Shown one piece after another: positions 19,306 to 28,475 of a DNA stretch of 59,489 bases. This DNA comes from a virus (lineage: Duplodnaviria; Caudoviricetes). The notes under the pieces were generated by a model. That model saw only the letters and a list, made by a program, of their open reading frames with translations. It did no database searches and was not told the DNA's origin. Within the stretch, counting starts at the first letter, position 1. Every line of letters begins with the position of its first letter. The translations under genes were made by a program, and so were the position numbers. Location: positions 1 to 59,489 of the IMG/VR virus record IMGVR_UViG_3300033562_001863, one strand, 5' to 3'.

Positions 19306-19573
19306 GTGGTTATACTTAGGAGTTAGATATGCGCATCATTTCTATATTGACTTTTCGGATTCAACAAATCGAGGAACGAACTTTACTTGGAAAAAGTTTC
19401 CTAATCTAGTTGTTAGATTGACTTCTGTTCATGCTCCACTCTCTTATCCTAGAGGTAATAACAAATTGTTTGTGTCATTGAGTTGTATTACTGCCTATGC
19501 AGTAGCTTATATTTTGAGCTATGAGGATATTAAAATAGAGAAGAGATTGATTGAAGTAGAAGGGGCAATATGA
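19295..19573 (+). CDS. hypothetical protein
   Basis: Overlapping-coupled ORF. Confidence 0.45.
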   Translation: MCPKWLYLGVRYAHHFYIDFSDSTNRGTNFTWKKFPNLVVRLTSVHAPLSYPRGNNKLFVSLSCITAYAVAYILSYEDIKIEKRLIEVEGAI

Positions 19574-19854
19574 TACACTTTGATTTTACAGTGAACGAGG
19601 AAGATGCTACAAATATTTTTGATTGTATAAACTCAAAAATAACTGACGACGAAGTTCAACTAAGAAAATCTATAATAGATAACGAGAAGTACTTAAAATG
19701 GTACACAACAGATTGTGACGATAGAGCGCACGTAGCAGAGCTCTACAAAGACAGTAAAGAGAAAATATCTTGGTACGAAAAAGATATAGAATATTTGAAA
19801 GATTTGAAGATAAGAATGCGCAACAAATATAGTAACAAGGAAACTTTAGAATAA
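19570..19854 (+). CDS. hypothetical protein, paralog of 29603-29818
   Basis: MxHFDFxVxxExAxxIFDC shared. Confidence 0.65.
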   Translation: MIHFDFTVNEEDATNIFDCINSKITDDEVQLRKSIIDNEKYLKWYTTDCDDRAHVAELYKDSKEKISWYEKDIEYLKDLKIRMRNKYSNKETLE

Positions 19855-19878
19855 ATAAAAGAACTAAAGCGGGCAAAA

Positions 19879-20523
19879 ATGGGTCATTATGGTAGTGATT
19901 ATGAAGACAGCTATACATCAAAATCTGCTTGGACTCTTAGAGAAGGTTGTACTCCTTCTCCTGTTATACTAATGAATGCTAGTCAAGACAAACTTCATAT
20001 TGACCTTCCTGGGAGGAAATATATTAAGCACGAAAGATTAAGGAATGAGGGTTTTGCAGTTCATCAAAAACCAAATAGTCCAAGAGATACCATTGAAAAT
20101 AATGCAAAACCAAATATAGGTATTACAGAAGATTTAGAAAGTTTTGGGCACATACGAACATGGGAGCATTTTGGAGATTTAAGCCAAGATGATTATCCCC
20201 TTCTCGATTCTCTTGTCAGTAAGATTGGTTGGGTAGTTGGTAGTGATAAGCAAGGTAGAACTCTTTATCATTATTCAGCAGAACAATGTAAACAGCTTTT
20301 GCGTGAAGCTGGCTTTTTATGTGTTAAAATAAAAGATTGTCCTTTTTGTGGAAGTAAATCTAAAGTAGTTGAGTTACAAGATTGTGGAAGTAATAATCTA
20401 ACATATGTAGTTCAGTGTGAGAATTGCAAAGCAGAAACCACTGAGTTTGCTAATCCAGATATGGCTGTTCTAGCTTGGAACAATAGAATGACAGAAGAAA
20501 ATAAGTTAAAACAAAATACTTGA
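19879..20523 (+). CDS. protein with C-terminal Lar-like zinc finger
   Basis: CPFCGS...C..C...AWNNR. Confidence 0.6.
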   Translation: MGHYGSDYEDSYTSKSAWTLREGCTPSPVILMNASQDKLHIDLPGRKYIKHERLRNEGFAVHQKPNSPRDTIENNAKPNIGITEDLESFGHIRTWEHFGDLSQDDYPLLDSLVSKIGWVVGSDKQGRTLYHYSAEQCKQLLREAGFLCVKIKDCPFCGSKSKVVELQDCGSNNLTYVVQCENCKAETTEFANPDMAVLAWNNRMTEENKLKQNT

Positions 20524-20605
20524 CAAAGTTTTTATTTCATGGTATAATAATAGTACAAGGAAATAGCTCGTATGAGCGAAAAAACTTATAGGGGGTTATA
20601 TGAAG
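20513..20605 (+). repeat. 93-bp exact duplicate of 178-270 (promoter + leader hairpin + RBS + start)
   Basis: Base-by-base identity by eye; TTGACA at 20520, TATAAT at 20543. Confidence 0.85.
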
Positions 20606-20878
20606 CAGAAGAGTATCTATTCCATCGTCAGGGACGGTAACGGAAAGCGCATTGGAATGGTTGTGGCTTTTGGACCTGGGCAGGTGGGCTTTTCCAAGGT
20701 TCATCCCAAGGAAAAGTTCGACAAGAAACTCGGCATCTCCGTAGCCATCGCCAGGGCAGTTGATCCTGACACTATGGAATTTCATGTGAGCTACGTCAAA
20801 GGGAATATCCCGCCTGAATTCCAGTATCCCCTGGAAAGGATAAAGGATGCCTCGACCAGGTATTTTGCACCCGTGTAA
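20600..20878 (+). CDS. hypothetical protein
   Basis: GC-rich codons; follows duplicated leader. Confidence 0.7.
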   Translation: MKQKSIYSIVRDGNGKRIGMVVAFGPGQVGFSKVHPKEKFDKKLGISVAIARAVDPDTMEFHVSYVKGNIPPEFQYPLERIKDASTRYFAPV

Positions 20879-21143
20879 AAATTGCAAGCATTTCGCAGAA
20901 TATAGCACAGAAACAAGAAGCTACAAAGATGGTTATGGTTTTTGTTGTAATATAGATGCCGAACCATCTTTGACAAACTCTTCGTTTCATCCTTTTAGAA
21001 TAAATCCTACCGATACGGTAAGTTGCAATCAATACTTGGAGAAAAAGATTGAAAAGAACAAAGCAAGAGCGGCTGGAAAAGGAAAAGAAAGCAAAGACGA
21101 AGAAGATGACCTTGGAGAGTTCCAAAGAGATTTACAAGAATAG
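20847..21143 (+). CDS. hypothetical Cys-cluster protein
   Basis: CKNCKHF...GFCC...C; start uncertain. Confidence 0.5.
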   Translation: MPRPGILHPCKNCKHFAEYSTETRSYKDGYGFCCNIDAEPSLTNSSFHPFRINPTDTVSCNQYLEKKIEKNKARAAGKGKESKDEEDDLGEFQRDLQE

Positions 21144-21220
21144 ATTTCTAAATAAATACTCTTAAATAAGTTTAGTTTTGGCTCTCCTCTTTTGGAGAGC
21201 CAAAGTCATTGGAGGGGTAT

Positions 21221-21484
21221 ATGGAAAATACAGATTACTTATGTCCATATTGTGGATCTTTATCTTCTTTTACTTCTTCAAAGAAAGAACTCTTACATTG
21301 TAAAAAGTGTAATAACTTTTTTGCTTTGGAAAAAGAACTTGTAAGAAGAGAAAGCTGGAACCCGCATATTACAAGCAAAGAAAGAAGTGATATATTGAAT
21401 AAGGAGTATTACTTCTCTATGCTTAGAATAAAAGAAAGAATGGAAGAAGAGCTGAGGAGACAAAAAGATGAAAGTGAAAGTTAA
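21221..21484 (+). CDS. zinc-ribbon protein
   Basis: CPYCG...CKKC. Confidence 0.6.
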   Translation: MENTDYLCPYCGSLSSFTSSKKELLHCKKCNNFFALEKELVRRESWNPHITSKERSDILNKEYYFSMLRIKERMEEELRRQKDESES

Positions 21485-21593
21485 AGGGAAAACCGTAAAA
21501 ATCCCAAAAGGCATTGCTGGATTTGGTAATGTCAAGAAATATATAAAGAAAACAAAGAAAACTGGATCTTTCAAAGTTCAAAAAGGAAAGTAA
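21468..21593 (+). CDS. 41-aa very basic peptide
   Basis: MKVKVKGKTVKIPKG...; GAGGAG RBS; not in ORF track. Confidence 0.5.
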   Translation: MKVKVKGKTVKIPKGIAGFGNVKKYIKKTKKTGSFKVQKGK

Positions 21594-21884
21594 ATGCTTA
21601 AACTTGGAGATAAAGTAAGTTGCCTTGAAGAAGGAATAGACGAAGCCATAGTGGGTGGTATTTTTATTCCCGAAGACACAGATGAAACCCAGGTTCTATT
21701 GGTATTTCAAAAAATGTTTTCAAATACAATATCCGGGCACAATGGCTTTTGGATTAAGCCATATGCTAAAGATAAAAAATATTCTTATTTAGATAAAGAT
21801 TTCAGCAAAGAACAATACTCAAGTTATTGGGTTAGACCGCAGGAATGTAAGATTTTACGAACGCAGTTTGAGTTTGTATTCTAA
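21594..21884 (+). CDS. small SH3-like protein ending QFEFVF
   Basis: LKLGDKV..GH; tail motif. Confidence 0.7.
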   Translation: MLKLGDKVSCLEEGIDEAIVGGIFIPEDTDETQVLLVFQKMFSNTISGHNGFWIKPYAKDKKYSYLDKDFSKEQYSSYWVRPQECKILRTQFEFVF

Positions 21885-21889
21885 ACTTA

Positions 21890-21918
21890 TTGACAAAAAA
21901 TCGTATATACTGTATAAT
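21890..21918 (+). promoter_or_regulatory. sigma70-type promoter
   Basis: TTGACA-N17-TATAAT. Confidence 0.8.
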
Positions 21919-21935
21919 AATATGTAGGAGAAAAG

Positions 21936-22262
21936 ATGACGATAACTTCAAAACTGACTGTTCATTCTAACAGGATTTCAAAAGTAGATATATCAAGTGT
22001 GGTAGATGTAGAGGGCGATAATCCTGGCATTTTCAATATAAATGAAGTAGACACAAACTCTGTAGAGTTCGAGCTTGTTACTCCGTTCCCAAGTCAAACG
22101 GTAGATGTTCCTCAAGCTATTTTTGAAAATGAAACAGAACTAAAAAAGAATACTCTTGAGTACATTGAAGAGCTTATACAAATGTATAGGGAAATGTATG
22201 GCAGTATCTCTTCTTCCATAAACAAATTTGATGTAAGAAAAAAACTTGCAGAGGATGAATAA
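21936..22262 (+). CDS. hypothetical acidic protein
   Basis: AGGAG RBS. Confidence 0.65.
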   Translation: MTITSKLTVHSNRISKVDISSVVDVEGDNPGIFNINEVDTNSVEFELVTPFPSQTVDVPQAIFENETELKKNTLEYIEELIQMYREMYGSISSSINKFDVRKKLAEDE

Positions 22263-22489
22263 TGCTTCTTGTAAAATACAGTAATAAAGATACTGATTCT
22301 GCTGATTATGAAACATCTGGATATTCTATTAAAATAGACGGGAATATAGAAGCAGACCAAATATTAGAAAGTGTTATTATGCCACTTCTAAAATATCTTG
22401 ACTTCACCTTAGAGGAAGTGTTGGTTACTTCAGAAGAAAAACCTGAAAAGCGTAATAAAGCAACGAAAGAAAAATACGAAAATGTTTAA
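22262..22489 (+). CDS. hypothetical protein
   Basis: TAATG-coupled ORF. Confidence 0.55.
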   Translation: MLLVKYSNKDTDSADYETSGYSIKIDGNIEADQILESVIMPLLKYLDFTLEEVLVTSEEKPEKRNKATKEKYENV

Positions 22490-22563
22490 CCATATAGTAA
22501 GATTTTTTTTGAATGTAATACTATTCGCTGGATTAGTAATCTTATTTTTTTAAGGGGAGTAAA

Positions 22564-22737
22564 ATGGATCACAAGAATCTAAAAATTTTTTTGGACTGCT
22601 CTGGCAAGACGTTTGAATACAACCTCATCAATGACGATGGAGAGGTTATGCTCATGGGTGATGGATACGAAAGCGCGGATGAAATAATAGAAGAACTCTC
22701 TCTGTGGAACAATGCCCTTAAGCAAGTGTTTGGTTGA
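22564..22737 (+). CDS. 57-aa hypothetical protein
   Basis: MDHKNLKIFLDCSG...; GGGGAG RBS; not in ORF track. Confidence 0.55.
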   Translation: MDHKNLKIFLDCSGKTFEYNLINDDGEVMLMGDGYESADEIIEELSLWNNALKQVFG

Positions 22738-22743
22738 ACAAAA

Positions 22744-22847
22744 GGGGATAAAAGGTTTCGACATATATCTTGCTTAAAGCGACGCAAGGCCCACAGCTAT
22801 CGAAAGCTTAGAGATATATGGACCCGGCTTCAATGCCGGTATCTCCA
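22744..22847 (+). ncRNA. minimal tmRNA-like RNA (tRNA-like domain, ~40-nt interior)
   Basis: GGGGATA/TATCTCC-A acceptor with G3.U70; 5' GGTTTCGAC; 9-bp P2 CATATATCT/AGATATATG; GAC-CCGGC-TTCAAT-GCCGG T-arm. Confidence 0.75.
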
Positions 22848-22865
22848 GTACTTTAGAGGTATAAG

Positions 22866-23120
22866 ATGTATATTTTGAAAATGGTCGAGTGCATAGCTTA
22901 TTCAGGAACTTGGACAAGCTACTATGGCATTTTCTCAGATGATTCCATATCTTTAGTTGCCTTGGATAAGCTTAAAGTTTTTATTTCTAAACGTGATGGA
23001 TTAAAAATAGATTCGTGGGAAAGCATGGCTAGCGGAATTGGCTATGAATACCCTACAGGTGGAGATGGTTCTGTTGAAATATATTTAGAAGAAGTAGAGC
23101 TGAACAAAGAACTATTTTAA
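22866..23120 (+). CDS. hypothetical protein
   Basis: GAGG RBS. Confidence 0.6.
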   Translation: MYILKMVECIAYSGTWTSYYGIFSDDSISLVALDKLKVFISKRDGLKIDSWESMASGIGYEYPTGGDGSVEIYLEEVELNKELF

Positions 23121-23132
23121 GGAGCATCACCA

Positions 23133-23453
23133 ATGGCTATCACACTTCATAACGTAAAAATCAAAGATATAGAACATGAAATAAATGGTAGCAGTCTCGA
23201 TGATGCTATAAGTACTCTCAAAGAGCTTAGAGAGGAGTATTGGAATTCTTACGAGAAGCTTCATTTTGAAATTACTGTTGAAGACGATGCCGATTATAGA
23301 AGTGTCAGTGTTATGCTCGTAGGTGAGCGGAAAGAAACCGAGGAAGAGAAGATAAAAAGAGAGACAGAAGATAGGTTATCTCTAGAAACAGTAGAAACCT
23401 ACGAGAAGGCTGTACTCGCCAAGTTACTTGCTAAATATGGGACACCTGAATGA
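23133..23453 (+). CDS. hypothetical protein
   Basis: AGGAG RBS. Confidence 0.65.
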   Translation: MAITLHNVKIKDIEHEINGSSLDDAISTLKELREEYWNSYEKLHFEITVEDDADYRSVSVMLVGERKETEEEKIKRETEDRLSLETVETYEKAVLAKLLAKYGTPE

Positions 23454-23839
23454 CAAGTGTCTTTGTTTTATCAATAAGCATACCTTTGGTTTTCACTGTG
23501 CTTCTCAAAATTATCTATCTTATAAAAAATCCGTTTTTCTTAGAAACTCATCACACTATGACAAAAGAATCTTGCGACACTTACGAAAAAGGAACCTTTG
23601 ATGATTTTCTACGTTGCTATAATGCTAGAGTTTGGGAGCGAGATATAAACTTTCCAAGTTCTCATTTTGAAGCAGATATAGATTATCCTTATTATAATAG
23701 CCAAATCCACGCAAGCATTATCTGTTTTGATAAAGTAGGAATGTTGCTTGACAGAAAGTCGTACAAGAAGTTCAAAAAATGGGAAAAGGAAAACACTCTA
23801 TCTTGTAATAAAGAGGTTAATAATAAAATATGGAACTAA
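23450..23839 (+). CDS. hypothetical N-terminal TM protein
   Basis: Hydrophobic N-terminus. Confidence 0.6.
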   Translation: MTSVFVLSISIPLVFTVLLKIIYLIKNPFFLETHHTMTKESCDTYEKGTFDDFLRCYNARVWERDINFPSSHFEADIDYPYYNSQIHASIICFDKVGMLLDRKSYKKFKKWEKENTLSCNKEVNNKIWN

Positions 23840-23998
23840 ATCTTCTATTTAAGGAGCATCACCATGAAGAAGAATAAAGAGTTTATAGAGTTCTTTGGAG
23901 AGGGAGATATTCCAGAAGATGTCAAAAAGAAACTTCAAGAGACAATAGATAAAATGTCAAAAAAGGATATCGATAAAATCATTAAAGAAAAGGAATAG

Positions 23999-24454
23999 AT
24001 GAAAAATAAAATAATAAACTTATTTATAATAATATTGGCTGCATCCGCTCTTTCTTTTATGGCATATTTGTTAGGTGCTCCATTTTTAGCATCAAGCTGT
24101 TTTTTCTTTTCTTTTGGCTTTCTGGCTTTTGACAGCTATAATAGAAAGCAAAAGCAAATAGACTATCTAATAGACAGGATAGCTGAAGAAGCTATAATGA
24201 AGATTGATTTCATATTCAATGATGACACAAAAACTACTGAAGAAAAAGAAATTTTAGCCGAAGATGTGGTTGAATATAGCAATCTAATAAAAATCTTTAA
24301 CTCTATATTTGGCATTGATGAAAAAGAAAAAGACATTTCAATGGTAGTAGATGCTGTGCTTGGTGATTTTCTTTGCTTTAGTATAGAAAAATATGTAGTC
24401 CTGGAAAACAAGTTTCAATACTATTATTACGCAGAGTATAACAAAAACTATTGA
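23999..24454 (+). CDS. hypothetical membrane protein
   Basis: Two N-terminal hydrophobic segments. Confidence 0.6.
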   Translation: MKNKIINLFIIILAASALSFMAYLLGAPFLASSCFFFSFGFLAFDSYNRKQKQIDYLIDRIAEEAIMKIDFIFNDDTKTTEEKEILAEDVVEYSNLIKIFNSIFGIDEKEKDISMVVDAVLGDFLCFSIEKYVVLENKFQYYYYAEYNKNY

Positions 24455-24479
24455 CGAAGTTTTGACTTCGTGGCATAAT
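24451..24479 (+). promoter_or_regulatory. promoter with palindromic spacer
   Basis: TTGACGAAGTtttgACTTCGTggCATAAT. Confidence 0.65.
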
Positions 24480-24496
24480 AATACAGGGGAGAAAAA

Positions 24497-24886
24497 ATGG
24501 AAAATAGTTTTGATTTTATAACAAAGTGCCGCAAGAGGCATAATATATTTAATACTTCGATTTGTTTTTTGAAATCATTGAAAAACAACATTGCGAAGGT
24601 TCCTTGGTTTGATATAACTATGGAACATTCCTATCAGGAAGTTGAAGTCGATAAGAAAACTTCGTATCAACTTTATGAAAAGGGAATTATAATAGGCGAT
24701 GGTGATTTGATCTGTACCAAATGTGGAACTATTTCCCACAGTATGGTTGAACACAAAGATATAAAAGGGTATTTTTATTGTGATAACAACCATTGTGTTT
24801 ATACAAAGTCAGATTTTTCTGCTCAACTTTTTCTTTATATGGATTCAATAGCTGCTAGAGTAGAATCTTTTCTATCGAGGAAGTAA
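24497..24886 (+). CDS. hypothetical zinc-finger protein
   Basis: CTKCG...C...HC. Confidence 0.6.
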   Translation: MENSFDFITKCRKRHNIFNTSICFLKSLKNNIAKVPWFDITMEHSYQEVEVDKKTSYQLYEKGIIIGDGDLICTKCGTISHSMVEHKDIKGYFYCDNNHCVYTKSDFSAQLFLYMDSIAARVESFLSRK

Positions 24887-24891
24887 AATCT

Positions 24892-25215
24892 ATGGTTCCA
24901 CTTAGCAAAAGAGAAGAAGCAAGAAAAAATATATTGAATTGTGAGTGCCCAGAACCAGCAAAAAGGGTAAAGTTTCATGCAGAAACTGGCAATATATATT
25001 CTATATTTTCAAGTAACTTTTGGCCAAATAAAGTAGAAGAAGGACCTATAGCATATGTTGATAGAATAGCAAAATCTTTTTTATGGCCTGACTGCTTAAG
25101 TGATAAAAATCTTGTTTCTGCTATTCATAGGTATGATAGCTTAGAAGTAGCCGCATACTATATGATAAAGTATAGCAAAAAAGCTATGCAGTTTGAGTTT
25201 AACTTCAGCTCTTAA
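24892..25215 (+). CDS. hypothetical protein ending QFEFNFSS; paralog of 26219-26509
   Basis: RIAKxFLWPDCLxDKxLVSA shared. Confidence 0.7.
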   Translation: MVPLSKREEARKNILNCECPEPAKRVKFHAETGNIYSIFSSNFWPNKVEEGPIAYVDRIAKSFLWPDCLSDKNLVSAIHRYDSLEVAAYYMIKYSKKAMQFEFNFSS

Positions 25216-25280
25216 AGTAAAGGTAATAGCACCCTTTCTTATGGGCTGCTGATTTGCCCTCTTTTTTATTGGAGGAATGG

Positions 25281-25616
25281 GTGTATAAAGTTGGAGATAC
25301 TATAAAAATACGAAGTAAAGAGTATTTCCGGAATCTACCTGATTACGACGAAAGCGGATATGGGGTTCCTATTGGTGCTTATTTTACCGATATAATGTTT
25401 ATTTTTTGTGGTAGAAAGTTTATTATCGAATCGGAAACAAAGGCCAATATAATACTTCGTACTGGAGACCCTAAGATATATGGTGATTTAGACAAAATAT
25501 ATGCAGTAAGAAATATTGGTAAATACGATAGCAACGACGAATATGGAATAAGCAATTTTAAATTTTCAGAGTATATGTTTGAAAAACTAGCACAGCAGTT
25601 TGAGTTTAGCTTCTAA
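25281..25616 (+). CDS. small SH3-like protein ending QFEFSF
   Basis: GTG 25281 after GGAGG; YKVGDTIKIR. Confidence 0.7.
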   Translation: MYKVGDTIKIRSKEYFRNLPDYDESGYGVPIGAYFTDIMFIFCGRKFIIESETKANIILRTGDPKIYGDLDKIYAVRNIGKYDSNDEYGISNFKFSEYMFEKLAQQFEFSF

Positions 25617-25622
25617 AAATAC

Positions 25623-25651
25623 TTGACAAAGTTTTCTATTCATAATATAAT
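25623..25651 (+). promoter_or_regulatory. sigma70-type promoter
   Basis: TTGACA-N17-TATAAT. Confidence 0.8.
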
Positions 25652-25673
25652 AATAGCATACGTTTTTAATCTT

Positions 25674-25754
25674 GCCTCCGTGATGGAATGAATACATTTT
25701 GGACTTAAAATCCAACGCCCGTAAGGGATTGCGAGGTCGAACTCGTCGGAGGCA
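25674..25754 (+). tRNA. tRNA-Leu(TAA)
   Basis: TTGGA-CTTAAAA-TCCAA; long variable arm. Confidence 0.8.
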
Positions 25755-25780
25755 TATTCTGTTTTCTATAGAGGGGTTAT

Positions 25781-26143
25781 ATGTTTTGTAATAAAAAGTT
25801 GCGTGAAGCAATAAAAGTATTAAACGAGGAAGTAGAAAGAGCAAAGGCATATTGCGAAAAGGTAGAAAGAGAAAAGGCCAAACAGCCAGATGTTTTTGAA
25901 GTCCATTTTGATATGGAATATTTTTTCGACAGTTCTCCAGCTGATGTCAGAACTATCAGTAGGATTTTCTGCTATAGAAACAGAGAAAGAGCTTTGGCGG
26001 CAGTTAGTGCTCTACAAACAGGAAGCAAAATAAGCTTGCCTTCTATTATAGAAGAAGATACTGTGATAGAGGGTTTCTTTGAACATTATATTGATCCTAA
26101 AAATATAGTATTCAAAGATGTCTGGATAGAAATAATACCTTGA
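25781..26143 (+). CDS. hypothetical protein
   Basis: GAGGGG RBS. Confidence 0.6.
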   Translation: MFCNKKLREAIKVLNEEVERAKAYCEKVEREKAKQPDVFEVHFDMEYFFDSSPADVRTISRIFCYRNRERALAAVSALQTGSKISLPSIIEEDTVIEGFFEHYIDPKNIVFKDVWIEIIP

Positions 26144-26150
26144 AAAGTTC

Positions 26151-26179
26151 TTGACGAAGTTTTGACTTCGTGGTATAAT
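26151..26179 (+). promoter_or_regulatory. promoter with palindromic spacer (region ~26144-26206 duplicated at ~26799-26861)
   Basis: TTGACGAAGTtttgACTTCGTggTATAAT. Confidence 0.8.
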
Positions 26180-26218
26180 AATAGCACGGAAGAAAAAGTT
26201 AGAAAGGGGATATATTTT

Positions 26219-26509
26219 ATGGTTCCACTAAGGTATAGAGAAAATATAAGAAAATATATCATAGGAAACAAAAGTCCAAAGTCATTTGACGTAGTAAACT
26301 TTTATCATAGCCCTTATAACATTACTTCTTTTTTTGAAAAAAACTTTAGCAAGCGTGATAAAAATGAAAATATTACAGAATATATCAATAGGATTGCTAA
26401 GAATTTTTTATGGCCCGATTGTTTGAATGACAAAGAACTGGTTTCTGCTTTAAATTGTTTTGGATGTTTAGAAATAGCCAATTTCTATATGTTAAAATAC
26501 AATAAATAG
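26219..26509 (+). CDS. paralog of 24892-25215 lacking the QxEFxF tail
   Basis: ATG 26219 (MVPL...). Confidence 0.65.
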   Translation: MVPLRYRENIRKYIIGNKSPKSFDVVNFYHSPYNITSFFEKNFSKRDKNENITEYINRIAKNFLWPDCLNDKELVSALNCFGCLEIANFYMLKYNK

Positions 26510-26523
26510 CACGGGGGAAGAAA

Positions 26524-26796
26524 ATGAAAAATGAAAACATTTTTGGCCTTGATGTAGTTTCTTTTAATGTAGAAGATGCTCTTCCTCCAAAGAGGTCGTA
26601 TGTAATAGCAAAACTTGTAGACTCTGTTTCAAAGAAAGCAAAGTTGAGAAGTTCTTACTATGATAATGGTGTTTTCTGGGATAGCGAGAGCAGCCATGCT
26701 TCTGGTATAGAACATAGTTCAAGCGAATGTGACGATGAAGAAACATTGATATATAACTGGGAAGTAGTTTCTTGGTTTAAAGCTGATTTTTCTTAG
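26524..26796 (+). CDS. hypothetical protein (DUF551-like)
   Basis: VEDALP...V..W pattern. Confidence 0.5.
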   Translation: MKNENIFGLDVVSFNVEDALPPKRSYVIAKLVDSVSKKAKLRSSYYDNGVFWDSESSHASGIEHSSSECDDEETLIYNWEVVSWFKADFS

Positions 26797-26805
26797 TAAA
26801 AGTTC

Positions 26806-26834
26806 TTGACGAAGTTTTGACTTCGTGGTATAAT
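26806..26834 (+). promoter_or_regulatory. promoter with palindromic spacer heading the ncRNA/tRNA-Glu array
   Basis: TTGACG-N17-TATAAT. Confidence 0.8.
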
Positions 26835-27168
26835 AATAGCACGGAAGAAAAAGTTAGAAAGTTCCATGAAAATGTTGAGTTTTCTGACAGCGGCAAGGTA
26901 ATGTGGCTCACTCCGCATAGAGCGGTGGGTAAGACCTTGGAATAAGTCGTATAGACGACAACCACATAAAATGATTTTGGCTTTAGCAGTGTTCACCTTC
27001 CTTTTTTACGGTGGTAGGTTTGTGAACACTTAAATATAAATGAAAAACCGTTCCTATCTATGATGACCTGTTCCAACTTCATAGATGTATTAAAGTACAG
27101 GGGCAACTTTGGATGTTTTGACCTTTCTTCCTTAGTGGTAGTTTAATGGATTAGGTTATTGATTTTAG

Positions 27169-27313
27169 ATGCCCGTATAGACAAGCTTTTAGTTGTTGTA
27201 TTTTAAGTTGGGTGCAAGCCCACTTTAGCATGATAGCTACAAAGCCCTATATTCTAAAATCACTTATGCCTCTTAAGCCATGTTGCAACATGATTGCTTA
27301 GGCAAAATGGGCA
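27169..27313 (+). ncRNA. candidate structured RNA (ends pair)
   Basis: ATGCCCGT/ATGGGCAT closing stem just before tRNA-Glu copy 2. Confidence 0.45.
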
Positions 27314-27321
27314 TTTTATTT

Positions 27322-27392
27322 GTTCCCTTCGTCTATCGGTAGGACAGTTTGTTCTCAGCAAACAAAGATTGGTTCGACTCCAGTAGGGAATA
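27322..27392 (+). tRNA. tRNA-Glu(CTC) copy 2
   Basis: GTTTG-TTCTCAG-CAAAC. Confidence 0.85.
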
Positions 27393-27400
27393 TAGTTCAT

Positions 27401-27473
27401 TCTTCGGTAGCTCAGTTGGCAGAGCGTCTGGCTGTTAACCAGAATGTCGCAGGTTCAAGTCCTGCCCGGAGAG
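27401..27473 (+). tRNA. tRNA-Asn(GTT)
   Basis: Canonical cloverleaf. Confidence 0.9.
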
Positions 27474-27478
27474 CTAAA

Positions 27479-27727
27479 GTTTCTATCTAGTGTTTCTGTT
27501 CCATACAGCCAAAGTAGATCGACGTTTATGAGTAGGGGTAAGGAGTTATTGCGCCTTATCTTGAAAATAAGAATGGATGAAATGGTGTCGAGTTCAGGCA
27601 CAAAGGGAAACTCTTCTCTTGACTACTAAGAAGAGTGCGGCAAAAAGATTGAATGGAATGTTGGCAAACGGTGAAAGCTTATTGTCGATGTTTCAAACAA
27701 AACTTAAACGCAGGTAGGTAGTCAAAC
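27479..27727 (+). ncRNA. candidate structured RNA (ends pair)
   Basis: GTTT-CTATCTA / TAGGTAG..AAAC closing helix between tRNAs. Confidence 0.4.
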
Positions 27728-27729
27728 AA

Positions 27730-27800
27730 GTTCCCTTCGTCTATCGGTAGGACGCTCCCTTCTCAGGGGAGAAAGATTGGTTCGACTCCAGTAGGGAATA
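27730..27800 (+). tRNA. tRNA-Glu(CTC) copy 3
   Basis: CTCCC-TTCTCAG-GGGAG. Confidence 0.85.
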
Positions 27801-27807
27801 TATTTCT

Positions 27808-28151
27808 TTGGTGGCTTATAGAAAGAGGTTTAGCTCAACGTGCTACTGGTGATGTTGTTAAAATATGAAAATGATTTTAATAATGTTGCTTAGTTGCTAG
27901 GGCAAAACTCATTAGCTCGGCTTTTATTTTATTTTCGCCGTCTTGCTTTATTGTATTGCGAGATTAAGTAACAGTAAGACCCTGACCATAGGGTGACATG
28001 GCTCGCTAGGTTTGCGATAAGAAACTCCCTTGTTTTTTCGTTTAACTTTTTCTCTTGGGTTAAAAAGAAAAAGTAAAATAGTTTTATGTGCGCTGTGTTG
28101 CATATATAAAACTACTTATAGCCAGCTTGCAAACACAGGGCTGGCTACCAA
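27808..28151 (+). ncRNA. candidate structured RNA (ends pair)
   Basis: TTGGTGGCT/GGCTACCAA 9-bp closing stem bounded by tRNA-Glu copies 3 and 4. Confidence 0.45.
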
Positions 28152-28222
28152 GTTCCCTTCGTCTATCGGTAGGACAACACGTTCTCAGCGTGTAAAGATT
28201 GGTTCGACTCCAGTAGGGAATA
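28152..28222 (+). tRNA. tRNA-Glu(CTC) copy 4
   Basis: ACACG-TTCTCAG-CGTGT. Confidence 0.85.
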
Positions 28223-28249
28223 TACTTTCTTTTTTTAAGGAGGGTTGCT

Positions 28250-28426
28250 ATGAGTAGTGGAGAAAAGGAATGGCTTAAAGAAAGAGAAGCTTACGAAAAA
28301 GAACTGTATGAAGATTTCGAATCGCAAAATGCAAATGGCCCTGCTTTCTTGAGCAATGGAGAGTTTGTTCAGTATCTAATGTCCCGAATGTATCATGAAG
28401 GGCTTCCTTCAAAAGAACCAATGTAA
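28250..28426 (+). CDS. 58-aa hypothetical protein
   Basis: AGGAGG RBS; MSSGEKEWLKERE...; not in ORF track. Confidence 0.55.
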   Translation: MSSGEKEWLKEREAYEKELYEDFESQNANGPAFLSNGEFVQYLMSRMYHEGLPSKEPM

Positions 28427-28432
28427 AAGTCC

Positions 28433-28461
28433 TTGACTAAGTTTTTTGTTCAGTGTATAAT
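28433..28461 (+). promoter_or_regulatory. sigma70-type promoter
   Basis: TTGACT-N17-TATAAT. Confidence 0.75.
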
Positions 28462-28475
28462 ATAAGTAAGAGAAA

